DNA of 57,121 nt from Nitrospirota bacterium (GTDB taxonomy: Bacteria > UBA2233), in contig WOZJ01000060.1 in assembly GCA_011620345.1 (NCBI GenBank), forward strand, positions 1 through 57,121. The letters run 5' to 3'. A program made the translations under genes and the position numbers. The notes under the pieces are model-generated. The model was not told the origin of the DNA. It made no database searches and saw only the letters and a program-made list of their open reading frames with translations. The stretch's first letter is position 1, and every line of letters starts with the position of its first letter. Below, piece by piece: positions 1 to 9,166 of the stretch.

Positions 1-1040
1 TGCACGGCGGGGGCGGACTCGAGGGTGTCCGTTTCGATTTGAGCGAGAACACCGGCCCGCTTGGCCCCCCTGCCAAGGCGCTGCGCGTTTTGGAGCGCGC
101 AAGGGATTTGATCGGGAGGTATCCAAGCCCTTACCCGGGCCGGCTTGCACAAGCGCTTGCGGGCGCCTACGGCGTCCATTCGGAGTGCATTGTCGTCGGC
201 CCTGGCTCGTCAGATTTAATCTATCGGCTGTTTGCCTTCCTTGCGCCCAAAAAAACGCTCGTCGTCTCGCCAAACTTCGGCGAGTACCCATACGTGGCGG
301 AACGCTTCGGTAAAGAGCCCCCTTTGGCCTTTCCGCTCCTTGCCGAGCAGGGGTTTGCACTTGATTTTCAAAGGCTCCTGGGCGAGGCGAGCGGCGTGGA
401 ATGCGTGGTCCTTACGCACCCCAACAACCCTACGGGCGCGCTTGTGGACGTAGAAGGGCTCGAGCGTTTCTTAGAGGCCGTGGCTAAGTCGGCCTTGCCC
501 CCTTGGGTCGTCGTAGACGAGGCGTTCGTGGATTTTTGCCCGGAGGCTAGCGTAACGGGGCTTTTGGGGCGGTTTTCAAACCTGGTCATCCTTCGATCGT
601 TCACGAAATTCTACGCCGTGCCCGGTCTTCGCGTGGGCGCGCTTTTGGGTAGCGAACGGCTTGTTCGTGAGCTAAAGGCCCTCATGGCCCCCTGGCCGAT
701 GAACGCTATCGCGATCGAGGCCGCGCTGGCCGCGCTCGAAGACTTCGATTATCCCTTTCGGGTGAGGGTGTTCACGGAATGGACGCGAGGGCTCTACCAA
801 GGCGTGCTAGGAGCCATCGAAGGGGTCTTTGTAACCCCCAGCCGCGCAAATTACTTACTTTTGGAGATCCCGGCCGTTCAAGGAAGGCTGGATGTTTTCG
901 AAGCGGCGCTTAGAACCGAAGGGGTCCGGGCTCGCACCCGGCTTTGGGGGTTGGACGAGCGCTTCGTTCGCGTGGCGATCAAAGGAACAGACGCGCTAGG
1001 GGCGCTTGCCGCTGGTCTAGAAGGGTTCCTAAAGGCCTAA
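1..1040 (+). CDS. cobD: PLP-dependent class I/II aminotransferase, probably L-threonine-O-3-phosphate decarboxylase (5' end at window edge)
   Basis: Frame is open from position 3 (HGG...FDLSENTGPLGPP, a CobD-type N-terminus); HPNNPTG, VDEAFVDF and RSFTKFYAVPGLRVG (PLP lysine) motifs. HisC is the alternative call. Confidence 0.7.
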   Translation, partial: HGGGGLEGVRFDLSENTGPLGPPAKALRVLERARDLIGRYPSPYPGRLAQALAGAYGVHSECIVVGPGSSDLIYRLFAFLAPKKTLVVSPNFGEYPYVAERFGKEPPLAFPLLAEQGFALDFQRLLGEASGVECVVLTHPNNPTGALVDVEGLERFLEAVAKSALPPWVVVDEAFVDFCPEASVTGLLGRFSNLVILRSFTKFYAVPGLRVGALLGSERLVRELKALMAPWPMNAIAIEAALAALEDFDYPFRVRVFTEWTRGLYQGVLGAIEGVFVTPSRANYLLLEIPAVQGRLDVFEAALRTEGVRARTRLWGLDERFVRVAIKGTDALGALAAGLEGFLKA

Positions 1041-1062
1041 GGACTCGACAACGGAACCCGCC

Positions 1063-2847
1063 CTAGAGCCTCGGGGCTCCCGAGGTATGGTCATAATCGC
1101 CGAAGGAGGCCTTGCCCACGCTTTCGGCCAAGCTTTTGAGGCTTTCGAAGGAAAGCCTGTCCCCTAGGGATTTTGAGAGCCGCTCTTTTTGGATAGAAAG
1201 CCTATTAAAGGCCCTCTTCGAGCAAAAAGCGAGCCCAGAGAGGTCCACGACGATTTTTTCCTGCGATTGCCTGGCCATTCGCGTAAGCCTTCTCATCAGG
1301 GCCTTTATGGCCCTTGTATCGAGCGCCCCGGACAGGCGCACGGTGAGGGTGCTTAAGGATTCCTCCCTAAAGGCATGGATGCGGAGGTAGCTTTTTGCCT
1401 CTTCGAGCGCCTTGGTACCCCTTGACTTGAGCAGCTGGAATTCTTGGCTCAAGACGGGCAAAAGGCCGTCTTTCTCCTTAATTCGAACCGTGGATTCGAG
1501 CTGTCCCAAGAGCTTGCCGGCCTGGCTGATACGGCCCTCCGGGCCTTTTTGGGCGACGTGATGAAACCCCCAGTTGACCGTATAGGCCCAGAGCGCACCG
1601 AGCGCGCTCTGGACGTTCGGCCTCCAGACGACGCGTCTTAGGATCGAGGGGTAGCTGTAGGTCTGGCGGTAGGCCCAGTGGAAGCCCTCCTCGAGCGTTT
1701 CGGGGGTTAAGATCTTGGGCCTGTAGACGACCTCGTAGCCGTTGTAGCGCTCCCAGTCTTGGTGCAGAAGCCGGCCTTCGGACTTCAGCCTCTCAAAGAG
1801 CTTCGTGCCCGGCAGGGGCGTAAGTATGTTGTAGTAGGCGATGTCGATACGGTTCTTCTTGACGAAGGAAACGGTCCGTTCGAACACGCCCTCGTCGTCG
1901 GAATCGAACCCGAAAATGAAGCTTCCGATCATGCGGAGCCCAGAGTCGTGGATCTTTTTGAACTCGTCTTCGTAGCTCATCGCGTGGTTGAACGACTTGT
2001 TCGCCGATTGGAGCGTTTCTTGGGAGAGCGATTCGATGCCCAAAAAGAGAGAAAAGCATCCGCTTTTGCGGGCCAGCTCGAGCAATTCTTTGTTGCGGGC
2101 GATCGTTGTCGAGGCTTGCCCCCCCCAGTGGATCTTGAGCGGGATGAGCGCCTCGAACAGCTCTTTGGCGTAACGGGGGTTGCCCACGATGTTGTCGTCG
2201 ATGAAGACGATGTTTTTTGCCTGCATGCGTTCGATTTCCTCGATGACCTCCCTTACGGGCCGCATGCGGAAGGTTCCGCCCGCAAAGGCCGTAACCGAGC
2301 AGAACTCGCAATCGAACGGACAGCCTCGGCTTGTCTCCACGCAGTTGACTGTCGCGTAAGCCTTGGAGTTCAGAAGGTCGCGCCTTGGGTGAGGGAGCCC
2401 TTCGAGCACGGGCTTTCTTTCGGCCCTGTAGAAAGGCTTTAGCGAGTCGGCGGCGACATCTCTAAGGAGCTCTTCCCAAACCCCTTCGGCCTCGCCGACG
2501 ACGACCGCGTCCACGTGCCGCTTTGCCTCTTCGGGCAGCATCGTGGCGTGTACGCCGCCCATGACGACGGGGATGCCACGAGCGCGAAAGTGCTTGGCGA
2601 GCTGGTAGGCCCTCGGGGCGTGCTGGGTCATCGCGGTAAGGCCGATGAGGTCCGCGTCCACGTTGAGGTCTAGCGTGTCGACGTTCTCGTCCGTGATGGT
2701 CACATCAAACTCGGGCGGTGTGAGCGCGGCGACCTGGGCGAGCGTGAGCCGACTAAACCAGAGGAGTCTTGTATCGATCTTCGAGGGTTTGAAGTAATGG
2801 CCTGGGTTGGCGGGGTCGATTAGGAGAATTTTGAGCCTTTTGGGCAT
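1063..2847 (-). CDS. Cobalamin-binding radical SAM protein with a C-terminal STAS-like extension
   Basis: N-terminal B12-binding domain (GGVHATM, VVVGEAE); SRGCPFDCEFC CxxxCxxC motif; FIDDNI; C-terminal VRLSGALD...IVVDLSGLAF. Confidence 0.85.
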   Translation of the reverse strand: MPKRLKILLIDPANPGHYFKPSKIDTRLLWFSRLTLAQVAALTPPEFDVTITDENVDTLDLNVDADLIGLTAMTQHAPRAYQLAKHFRARGIPVVMGGVHATMLPEEAKRHVDAVVVGEAEGVWEELLRDVAADSLKPFYRAERKPVLEGLPHPRRDLLNSKAYATVNCVETSRGCPFDCEFCSVTAFAGGTFRMRPVREVIEEIERMQAKNIVFIDDNIVGNPRYAKELFEALIPLKIHWGGQASTTIARNKELLELARKSGCFSLFLGIESLSQETLQSANKSFNHAMSYEDEFKKIHDSGLRMIGSFIFGFDSDDEGVFERTVSFVKKNRIDIAYYNILTPLPGTKLFERLKSEGRLLHQDWERYNGYEVVYRPKILTPETLEEGFHWAYRQTYSYPSILRRVVWRPNVQSALGALWAYTVNWGFHHVAQKGPEGRISQAGKLLGQLESTVRIKEKDGLLPVLSQEFQLLKSRGTKALEEAKSYLRIHAFREESLSTLTVRLSGALDTRAIKALMRRLTRMARQSQEKIVVDLSGLAFCSKRAFNRLSIQKERLSKSLGDRLSFESLKSLAESVGKASFGDYDHTSGAPRL

Positions 2848-3008
2848 GATGGCCTATCCTTTGGATAGAAAAGAACTTCATTATTTTATAGCACGGAAGA
2901 ATGCACGAAGTCAACCGGCAGGCGCTCGAAAGGGCCGACAAAAGGCGACAAATTCGCCTTTGTGCTATGATGAAGGAAAAAGAAAAAACATCCCGAGGAA
3001 AGCCTTCG

Positions 3009-4322
3009 ATGCCCGTTCGCGTGATCACCCTAGGCTGCAAAGCCAACGCGTACGACAGCGTATGGATTGGGCGTGTGCTGGAGGATGCGGCGGCGGACGC
3101 GAAAGAAGTCGTCGTCTTGAACACCTGCAGCGTGACCAACCGCGCCGATTCCGACGCTAAAAAAACGCTCAGGCGCTTAAGGCGCGAAAACCCGATGGCC
3201 GTGCTCGTCGTTACGGGATGCATGGCCCAGTTGGCGCCTCAAGCTCTCCAAGCCGAAGGTCTCGCCGATTACATCGTGACTCCCCACGAGCTTAAGGGGT
3301 TCGTCGCTCAAGCTGGGATGCTCTCGCGCCGGCAAAAGCCAGAGGTGCACGTGGGCAACCCCTTCAAGCGTCCCTCTGGCATTGCCGAGGTATTCCTGCC
3401 GGAGCCCCGTCCGGGGCGATCGAGGCCTTTTTTGAAGGTGCAAGACGGGTGCGACGGGTTTTGCAGCTTTTGCGTCATCCCTTTTGCGAGGGGAAAGAGC
3501 CGCTCCAAGCCCTTAGAGCGCGTGCTCGAAGAGCTTAAAGCGCTAGCCTCGCTTGGCTACGAAGAGGTCGTCCTTACAGGAATCCGCCTGTCCGCCTACG
3601 GTAAGGATTTGGGGCTCGAAGACGGGCTTTTAACGCTCCTTCGTGCGATCGAAGAGCGCCCCGGCGGCGTTTCCCGCCTTCGGGTTTCCTCGCTCGAGCC
3701 GCACGACTTGACGGCGGGGTTTTTGAAGCATGTTCAGGAATCCAAGCTTCTTTGTCCGCATTATCCCATCGCGCTGCAAAGCGGCGACGATCACGTGCTC
3801 GAGGCCATGAGGCGCGGCTACGGCGTCGCGGCGTTCGAGCGGGTGGCCTCGTGGCTTTTTGAGCATATCCCGGACGTGCATCTTGGGCTGGATGTCATCG
3901 TCGGCTTTCCACAAGAGAGCCAGGAGGCGTTCCAAAGAACCTACGCATTGATCGAGCGCTACCCTTTTGCGCGCCTGCACGTGTTCCCGTTCTCGGCCAA
4001 GGAGGGAACGCCGGCCGCTAAGATGCCGGGTCAAATTCCGAGCGCCGTGGCAAGCGAGCGCGCGAGCGCGCTTCGTGAGCTCGATAGGCGAAAGCGCCTG
4101 GCCTTCGCCGATTCGCAGGTCGGCAAAGTGCGCGCGGCTATCTTGGAGCGCGCCGTTCCAAAAAACGGGAGAATCAAGCTCAAAACGGACAACTACCTGG
4201 ATGTTTGGGCAAAGCCCGTTGCGGGGCTAGAGCTTCGGCCTGGTAGGCTTTTGAGGGTTAAATTGGGGCCGCGCGATGGGCAGACGCTCTATGCGGAGCT
4301 TCACACTGAAAGCGGTCGATGA
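3009..4322 (+). CDS. mtaB: tRNA methylthiotransferase, MtaB/MiaB family
   Basis: TLGCKAN, NTCSVT, VTGCMAQ, KVQDGCDGFCSFC, LHVFPFS; start moved to ATG at 3009. Confidence 0.85.
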   Translation: MPVRVITLGCKANAYDSVWIGRVLEDAAADAKEVVVLNTCSVTNRADSDAKKTLRRLRRENPMAVLVVTGCMAQLAPQALQAEGLADYIVTPHELKGFVAQAGMLSRRQKPEVHVGNPFKRPSGIAEVFLPEPRPGRSRPFLKVQDGCDGFCSFCVIPFARGKSRSKPLERVLEELKALASLGYEEVVLTGIRLSAYGKDLGLEDGLLTLLRAIEERPGGVSRLRVSSLEPHDLTAGFLKHVQESKLLCPHYPIALQSGDDHVLEAMRRGYGVAAFERVASWLFEHIPDVHLGLDVIVGFPQESQEAFQRTYALIERYPFARLHVFPFSAKEGTPAAKMPGQIPSAVASERASALRELDRRKRLAFADSQVGKVRAAILERAVPKNGRIKLKTDNYLDVWAKPVAGLELRPGRLLRVKLGPRDGQTLYAELHTESGR

Positions 4323-4325
4323 ACG

Positions 4326-5030
4326 ATGGAAAACCCGCAGCCTGGCCCAATAGAGGCGTTTCAAGGGCAGGTTCGAGCGTTGATGCAAAAAGAGTGTTTG
4401 GTCCAGCGCTCGTTCGTACACCCATCGTATGCGAACGAGCGCAACCTGGAGCCCCAGGAGAGCTACGAAAGGCTCGAGTACTTGGGCGATGCGCTCCTTA
4501 CGGCGGTGGTGTCGGAGTATTTGTTCTTGCACTTCGGGCGGTTGAACGAGGGCGCGCTTACGATGATCCGGGCCGGGCTCGTGAACGAGGGGTCGCTGGC
4601 AGGGCTTGCCAGGGCTCTTGGGCTCGACCGCCTGGTGCTTCTTGGAAGGGGCGAAGAGCGCTCGGGAGGGCGTCAGAAGCCCTCCATCCTCTGCGACGTG
4701 TTCGAAGCGCTCGTGGGGGCGTTGTTTTTAGAGCTTGGCTACGATAAGCTAAAAGATCTGCTTTTACCATTGTTCGATGCGAAGGCCCAAGCGCTCGTTT
4801 CTTTGGCCGAGGCCAAGGACGAAAAGTCCCAGCTTCAAGAGCTTACCCATGCCCTTTGCAAGGAAGCCCCCGTCTATAAAGAGGCGGAAGAGAGCGGAGA
4901 GTTCCTTGTCCGGGTGTTCTTGAGGGGGAGGCTTTTGGGGGAAGGGAGGGCGGCAAACAAAAAGGAGGCCTCGCGGCGTGCCGCGAGGGTGGCGCTCTCC
5001 AAGCTCAAGGAAGGTGCCGATGCCTACTAA
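4326..5030 (+). CDS. rnc: Ribonuclease III
   Basis: ERLEYLGDA signature, DVFEALVGA, C-terminal dsRBD (KSQLQE...KKEA). Confidence 0.95.
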   Translation: MENPQPGPIEAFQGQVRALMQKECLVQRSFVHPSYANERNLEPQESYERLEYLGDALLTAVVSEYLFLHFGRLNEGALTMIRAGLVNEGSLAGLARALGLDRLVLLGRGEERSGGRQKPSILCDVFEALVGALFLELGYDKLKDLLLPLFDAKAQALVSLAEAKDEKSQLQELTHALCKEAPVYKEAEESGEFLVRVFLRGRLLGEGRAANKKEASRRAARVALSKLKEGADAY

Positions 5031-5937
5031 ATCCGGGTTCGTTGCGGTGCTTGGAAGGCCGAACGTCGGGAAGTCAACGCTCGTGAACGCGCTTATCCAT
5101 GCCAAGGTGGCGGTCGTTTCGGAAAAGCCCCAGACGACATGGTTCAACGTCCGGGGCATCTTGACCGAGGACGACGTGCAAATCGTGCTGATCGACACCC
5201 CGGGCTTGCACGAGAGCGAAAAGCTCCTCAACCGGTGCATGACCAGTCAATCGCTCGAGGCGCTCAAAGAGGCCGACGCCTACATATACGTCATGGAGCC
5301 GGACGCCGCCAAAATCGTGCAAGACTATCCTTGGTTCGAGCGTCTTCGCAAGGCCTCCAAGCCTGGCGTTGGCGTGGTGAACAAGATCGAGAGGCTCGGA
5401 GCGAACGAGCGTAACGCAGTACTCGGGGGTGTCCAAGGCGTAGCGCCTTTTTTAAGGGTTCTTGGAGTGAGCGCTCTGACGGCCGAGGGGTTGGCCGCAC
5501 TCGTTTTGGAGCTTAAAGGGCTTCTCCGAGAAGGCGAGTGGCTCTACGATGCCGAGTTGATTTCGGACAGCCCCGTACGGTTCCTGGCCAAGGAGTTCAT
5601 CAAGGAAAAACTTTTTAAAGAGCTAAAAGACGAGCTTCCGTACGAAACGGCGGTCGTCGTGGCCCACTGGGTCGAGGGGCCGGAGGATCCCGTGGAAATA
5701 TCGGCGGAGATCTGGGTGAACCGGGAGTCGCAAAAGCCCATCGTCATCGGCAAGGGCGGGGAGATGATCAAACGCATCGGGACAAAGGCGAGGCTCGAAA
5801 TCGAGGAGCTAATCGGCAGGCACGTCTACCTTTCTTTGCACGTGAAGGTCAAACCGCACTGGATGAAGGCCGAGGGGTTGCTTAAACAGGCAGGATTTCC
5901 CCACGTTCCCGCCCAAGACAGAAAGGAGGGCCGATGA
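5020..5937 (+). CDS. era: GTPase Era
   Basis: KSGFVAVLGRPNVGKSTL, KPQTT, DTPG, KH-domain IVIGKGGEMIKRIG; directly downstream of rnc. Confidence 0.95.
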   Translation: MPTKSGFVAVLGRPNVGKSTLVNALIHAKVAVVSEKPQTTWFNVRGILTEDDVQIVLIDTPGLHESEKLLNRCMTSQSLEALKEADAYIYVMEPDAAKIVQDYPWFERLRKASKPGVGVVNKIERLGANERNAVLGGVQGVAPFLRVLGVSALTAEGLAALVLELKGLLREGEWLYDAELISDSPVRFLAKEFIKEKLFKELKDELPYETAVVVAHWVEGPEDPVEISAEIWVNRESQKPIVIGKGGEMIKRIGTKARLEIEELIGRHVYLSLHVKVKPHWMKAEGLLKQAGFPHVPAQDRKEGR

Positions 5938-7241
5938 TGGAGGCCCCGCTCGTTGTCCTGGCAGGAAGGACGAACGTCGGAAAATCGACGCTGTTCAACC
6001 GGATCGTCGGCAGGCGTGAGGCGCTCGTGTTGAACGCACCGCACCTGACCCGGGATACCCTCGTTAAGCGGCTCAATTTTGAAGGCCGGCCGTTTCTTCT
6101 GGCCGACACGCCGGGGTTTGCCCCGAAGACCGAAGGCACGCTCGAGGAGGCCGTTCAAAAAGGCGTCAAAAGGCTGTTCCAGCAGGCGGAGCGCATCGTG
6201 CTCGTCCTAGACGGCAGGGCGCCTTTGGACGCCGAAGACTTAGAGCTCGTTCGGTTCTTGAGGGGCCTGGGCAAAAGGGTTGTCGTGTTTGTCAACAAGA
6301 TAGATTTTGGCATGCCCGGACAGCTCGATACGGCGGGCTACGAGCTCGGGTTTCCGGAGGTGATGTACGGAAGCGCCGAGCACAACGTTGGAATCTACGA
6401 CCTGCTCGAGGCGGTGTGTCTGGGCTTTCCCAAAGACGAGGCCGCGCCCGCGCCTACCAAGGCCCTTCCCCGCGTTGCAATCTTGGGGCCGCAGAACGCA
6501 GGAAAATCGACGCTGTTCAACGCGCTCGTCGGGGCGGAACGGGCCGTGGTGAGCGACGTTCCGGGGACGACCCGGGATGCGATCGAAGAGCTCGAACCCT
6601 CGGGCGCGTTTCGAGCCGTGGACACGGCAGGGCTCAAGCGCAAGGCGAAATCGGACGTCTTCGAGAAGCTTTCCGGGATCAAGGCCATAGGGACCCTCGA
6701 GCATGCGGACGTCGCACTGCTCGTGGCCGATGCCACGACTCCGCCGACGCGCCAAGAGTTAAGGGTCGCCAGATACGTGTTCGCGCACAAAAAACCGCTC
6801 GTCGTCGCGCTGAACAAAAGCGACCTGCTTACGCTTTCTTTGGAGGAAAAAGCCGATTTAGTCCGTTCATGGCAGGGCATATTCAACCTGTTTCCCGGCG
6901 CTTACGTGCTTCTTGTTTCCGCGCTCGAGAAAAAGAACCTGGCCGCGCTGAGATCGGCCCTGATCAAGGCACACGAGGCGGCCTCGAAGCGCATCTCGAC
7001 GGGCGTGTTGAACAGGGAGGTTCAAAAGATGCTCAGGGGCGGGCTGGAAGCCTTCAATGCCAAAAAAGGAAACCCTATGTACATTACCCAGGTTTCTACA
7101 AACCCGCCACGGTTTACGGTATTCTTGGGGCGCGGCGCGAATCGGGAGACGTTTCCCCTCAAGCACTTCGTCTCGCTATTGAGCGCTACGTTCGATATGC
7201 CTGGGGTTCCGATCGAGATAGATCTTCGCATAAAATCTTGA
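5934..7241 (+). CDS. der: Ribosome biogenesis GTPase Der (EngA)
   Basis: Two G domains (GRTNVGKS, GPQNAGKS, DTPG/DTAG, NKID/NKSD); C-terminal YITQVSTNPPRF. Confidence 0.9.
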   Translation: MMEAPLVVLAGRTNVGKSTLFNRIVGRREALVLNAPHLTRDTLVKRLNFEGRPFLLADTPGFAPKTEGTLEEAVQKGVKRLFQQAERIVLVLDGRAPLDAEDLELVRFLRGLGKRVVVFVNKIDFGMPGQLDTAGYELGFPEVMYGSAEHNVGIYDLLEAVCLGFPKDEAAPAPTKALPRVAILGPQNAGKSTLFNALVGAERAVVSDVPGTTRDAIEELEPSGAFRAVDTAGLKRKAKSDVFEKLSGIKAIGTLEHADVALLVADATTPPTRQELRVARYVFAHKKPLVVALNKSDLLTLSLEEKADLVRSWQGIFNLFPGAYVLLVSALEKKNLAALRSALIKAHEAASKRISTGVLNREVQKMLRGGLEAFNAKKGNPMYITQVSTNPPRFTVFLGRGANRETFPLKHFVSLLSATFDMPGVPIEIDLRIKS

Positions 7242-7288
7242 GGGCGCAAAAAAAGCGCTACGGGCTGTAAACTACGCTGGAGGCCGAC

Positions 7289-8143
7289 TTGACCCTTTTT
7301 GCTGCACCGATCGAGGCGACGCGGGCGTTTTTTGTCAAAAACATCTATATTCACGCGGCAGCGCTCTCTTTTTTCAGCGTGCTCGCGTTTGTCCCGACGC
7401 TCGTTTTGGTCACGTTGCTCGGCGGGTTTTTCTTGAAGGGGAACGAGGAGGTCTACGGGGTCATCCAGGCCCAGCTAAGCCAGCTCTTCCCTTCTCTCCC
7501 GGATGATTTCCTCAAGATTTCCGAGGGGTTTATCCAGCACCCGGGCTCGATCGGAGTCTCTGGGCTCATCTTTTTCTTCCTTGGGTTCGACATGCTCCTC
7601 CAGACGCTAAGAGTCTCCGTACGTGAGATTTTCGGCGAAAAGGTCGAGGGCGGATTCTTTGCCTCTAGGCTGCTTTCGCTCCTGGTGATCGCCGGCCTCG
7701 GGATGACGTTTGCGTTGTCGGCGTCGGCCGCGACGATCACGGAGTTTATCCGGGCGTTCGTCCAAGAAAGGCCCTACGTTCCAGGCTGGTTGCAGCAAAT
7801 CCTGGCGTTCAGCCCGACCCAGCGGGCCATCTCGATGGGGGGCGTGATGTTCTTCCTCACCGCTTTGCTTTGGATCCTGCCCGAAAGCCGGCTTTCGTTG
7901 GGCGTTTCACTCCTTTGCGGGGCGCTCGGGTCTATCCTTTGGGAAATCGCGAAGTGGGGGTTTACGTTCTACGTGTTCAAAGTTGCCAGGACGAGCTATT
8001 TCTACGGCTCGCTAAGCGCGATGATGATCTTTTTGCTCTGGATATACTACTCGACGATTTTGATGCTATGGATTTTCGAACTGGCCCACGCGCTCTCGGG
8101 GGGGTCAAAACACGCTACAGCTACAGACAAGGAGGGACCTTGA
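7289..8143 (+). CDS. YihY/BrkB family inner-membrane protein
   Basis: AAALSFFSVLAFVP and YGSLSAMMIFLLWIYYS motifs; multiple TM segments; start uncertain. Confidence 0.85.
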   Translation: MTLFAAPIEATRAFFVKNIYIHAAALSFFSVLAFVPTLVLVTLLGGFFLKGNEEVYGVIQAQLSQLFPSLPDDFLKISEGFIQHPGSIGVSGLIFFFLGFDMLLQTLRVSVREIFGEKVEGGFFASRLLSLLVIAGLGMTFALSASAATITEFIRAFVQERPYVPGWLQQILAFSPTQRAISMGGVMFFLTALLWILPESRLSLGVSLLCGALGSILWEIAKWGFTFYVFKVARTSYFYGSLSAMMIFLLWIYYSTILMLWIFELAHALSGGSKHATATDKEGP

Positions 8144-8162
8144 GTCCTCCTTGTCTGTAGCT
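8119..8162. terminator. 19-bp hairpin between convergent genes (probable terminator or mRNA 3' stabiliser)
   Basis: AGCTACAGACAAGGAG(G)GAC-cttga-GTCCTCCTTGTCTGTAGCT with one bulged G; spans the yihY stop codon; no U-tract. Confidence 0.55.
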
Positions 8163-8211
8163 CATCTGCATCTCACTCAAAAGGCAGGTCCAAAAAAGCC
8201 TTCTTGGGCCT

Positions 8212-8571
8212 TTATTCTGAACCTCCGACGAACTTGAGATCCTTTTCGCCCTTCAGGTGGCTCGGCAGGACGAAGTAGTCGCCCTTGACGGCGTTATCGA
8301 AAATTCTCCTTGAGGTCTGCTTGTTGCCGCCCGTAAGGATGTAGGCCGCTCCCCCGACGGCGTGGCCGCCAATAGAGTAAATTGTCTTAACGGGGCAGTA
8401 CACTACGCTCGATAGGACAGCGCCCGTCGTGTACATAACTTTTTCAGCCGCGGTTTCCTCGCCTTTGGCCTTTGCATGCGCCGGACCAACGGCACCGAGG
8501 CTTAGAAGGAAGCCTGCAAAAACGGCGAAAGCGACAGATTGCCTCATAGATCGCATCAACTGACCCTCCAT
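8212..8571 (-). CDS. Small exported hypothetical protein
   Basis: Signal-peptide-like N-terminus ending AHA-K; TTGACA-N18-TATCTT promoter-like sequence upstream (about 8603-8632). Confidence 0.65.
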   Translation of the reverse strand: MEGQLMRSMRQSVAFAVFAGFLLSLGAVGPAHAKAKGEETAAEKVMYTTGAVLSSVVYCPVKTIYSIGGHAVGGAAYILTGGNKQTSRRIFDNAVKGDYFVLPSHLKGEKDLKFVGGSE

Positions 8572-8763
8572 GGTTATGGTTGTTACAGAGAATACCTAAA
8601 TAAAGATATAAGGATTCTTCTGGGTTTGTCAAACGGACTTTGCTGATTTTTCGCCGTTTTTTAGCGTGTTAGCATAACTAAAACGTTATTTGTAAGGTGT
8701 TGACCCGTTTTGTGTGGCCCGGTATGGTATGCAAAAACCTGGCCGGAAGTCATGTCCAGCGTA

Positions 8764-9046
8764 GCGGGACAAGAATGTCCAGCCTATCGAAATTGGGGTA
8801 TGGCCCTGCAAATGCGGGACGTGTTTGTTTGCCCCGCCTATCATGAGGGGGGTGGTTCTGGCCGGTTGCCCGCAAACATGGGGCGAGGCCCATGTCGATA
8901 GCCCAAGCCTTTCCAGGCCCGNNNNNNNNNNNNNNNNNNNNNNNNNNNNNNNNNNNNNNNNNNNNNNNNNNNNNNNNNNNNNNNNNNNNNNNNNNNNNNN
9001 NNNNNNNNNNNNNNNNNNNNNGCGGGACAGGAATGTCCCGCCTATC
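8764..9046 (-). repeat. Cluster of REP-like GATAG-footed hairpin repeats flanking an assembly gap
   Basis: Copies at 8764-8788, 8814-8842 and 9022-9046 (minus strand GATAG-GCGGGACA-TTCC-TGTCCCGC); degenerate opposite-strand copy at 8897-8921. Confidence 0.6.
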
Positions 9047-9109
9047 TTATCGAACGTTGGTGGGTGGTTGCGGCCCATAACGTATGGCTTGAAGGATACG
9101 GCGTTTTTA

Positions 9110-9139
9110 TTGACTCTGCATGCTGGCGCCTGCTACAGT
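9110..9139 (+). promoter_or_regulatory. Putative sigma70 promoter of the exporter operon
   Basis: TTGACT-N18-TACAGT with extended -10 TG, about 27 nt before the TolC start. Confidence 0.45.
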
Positions 9140-9166
9140 GGCTAAAAATCTAGCGAGCGGGCTTGA

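Noticed and set aside
5934-7241. Non-canonical Der G motifs (GPQNAGKS, DTPG) as a sign of a pseudogene
   Set aside because: The frame is intact, GxxxxGKS/DxxG/NKxD are retained and the context is canonical; ordinary divergence.
8764-9046. Possible CRISPR array
   Set aside because: Few, non-identical copies with irregular spacing and mixed orientation; no cas genes in the window.
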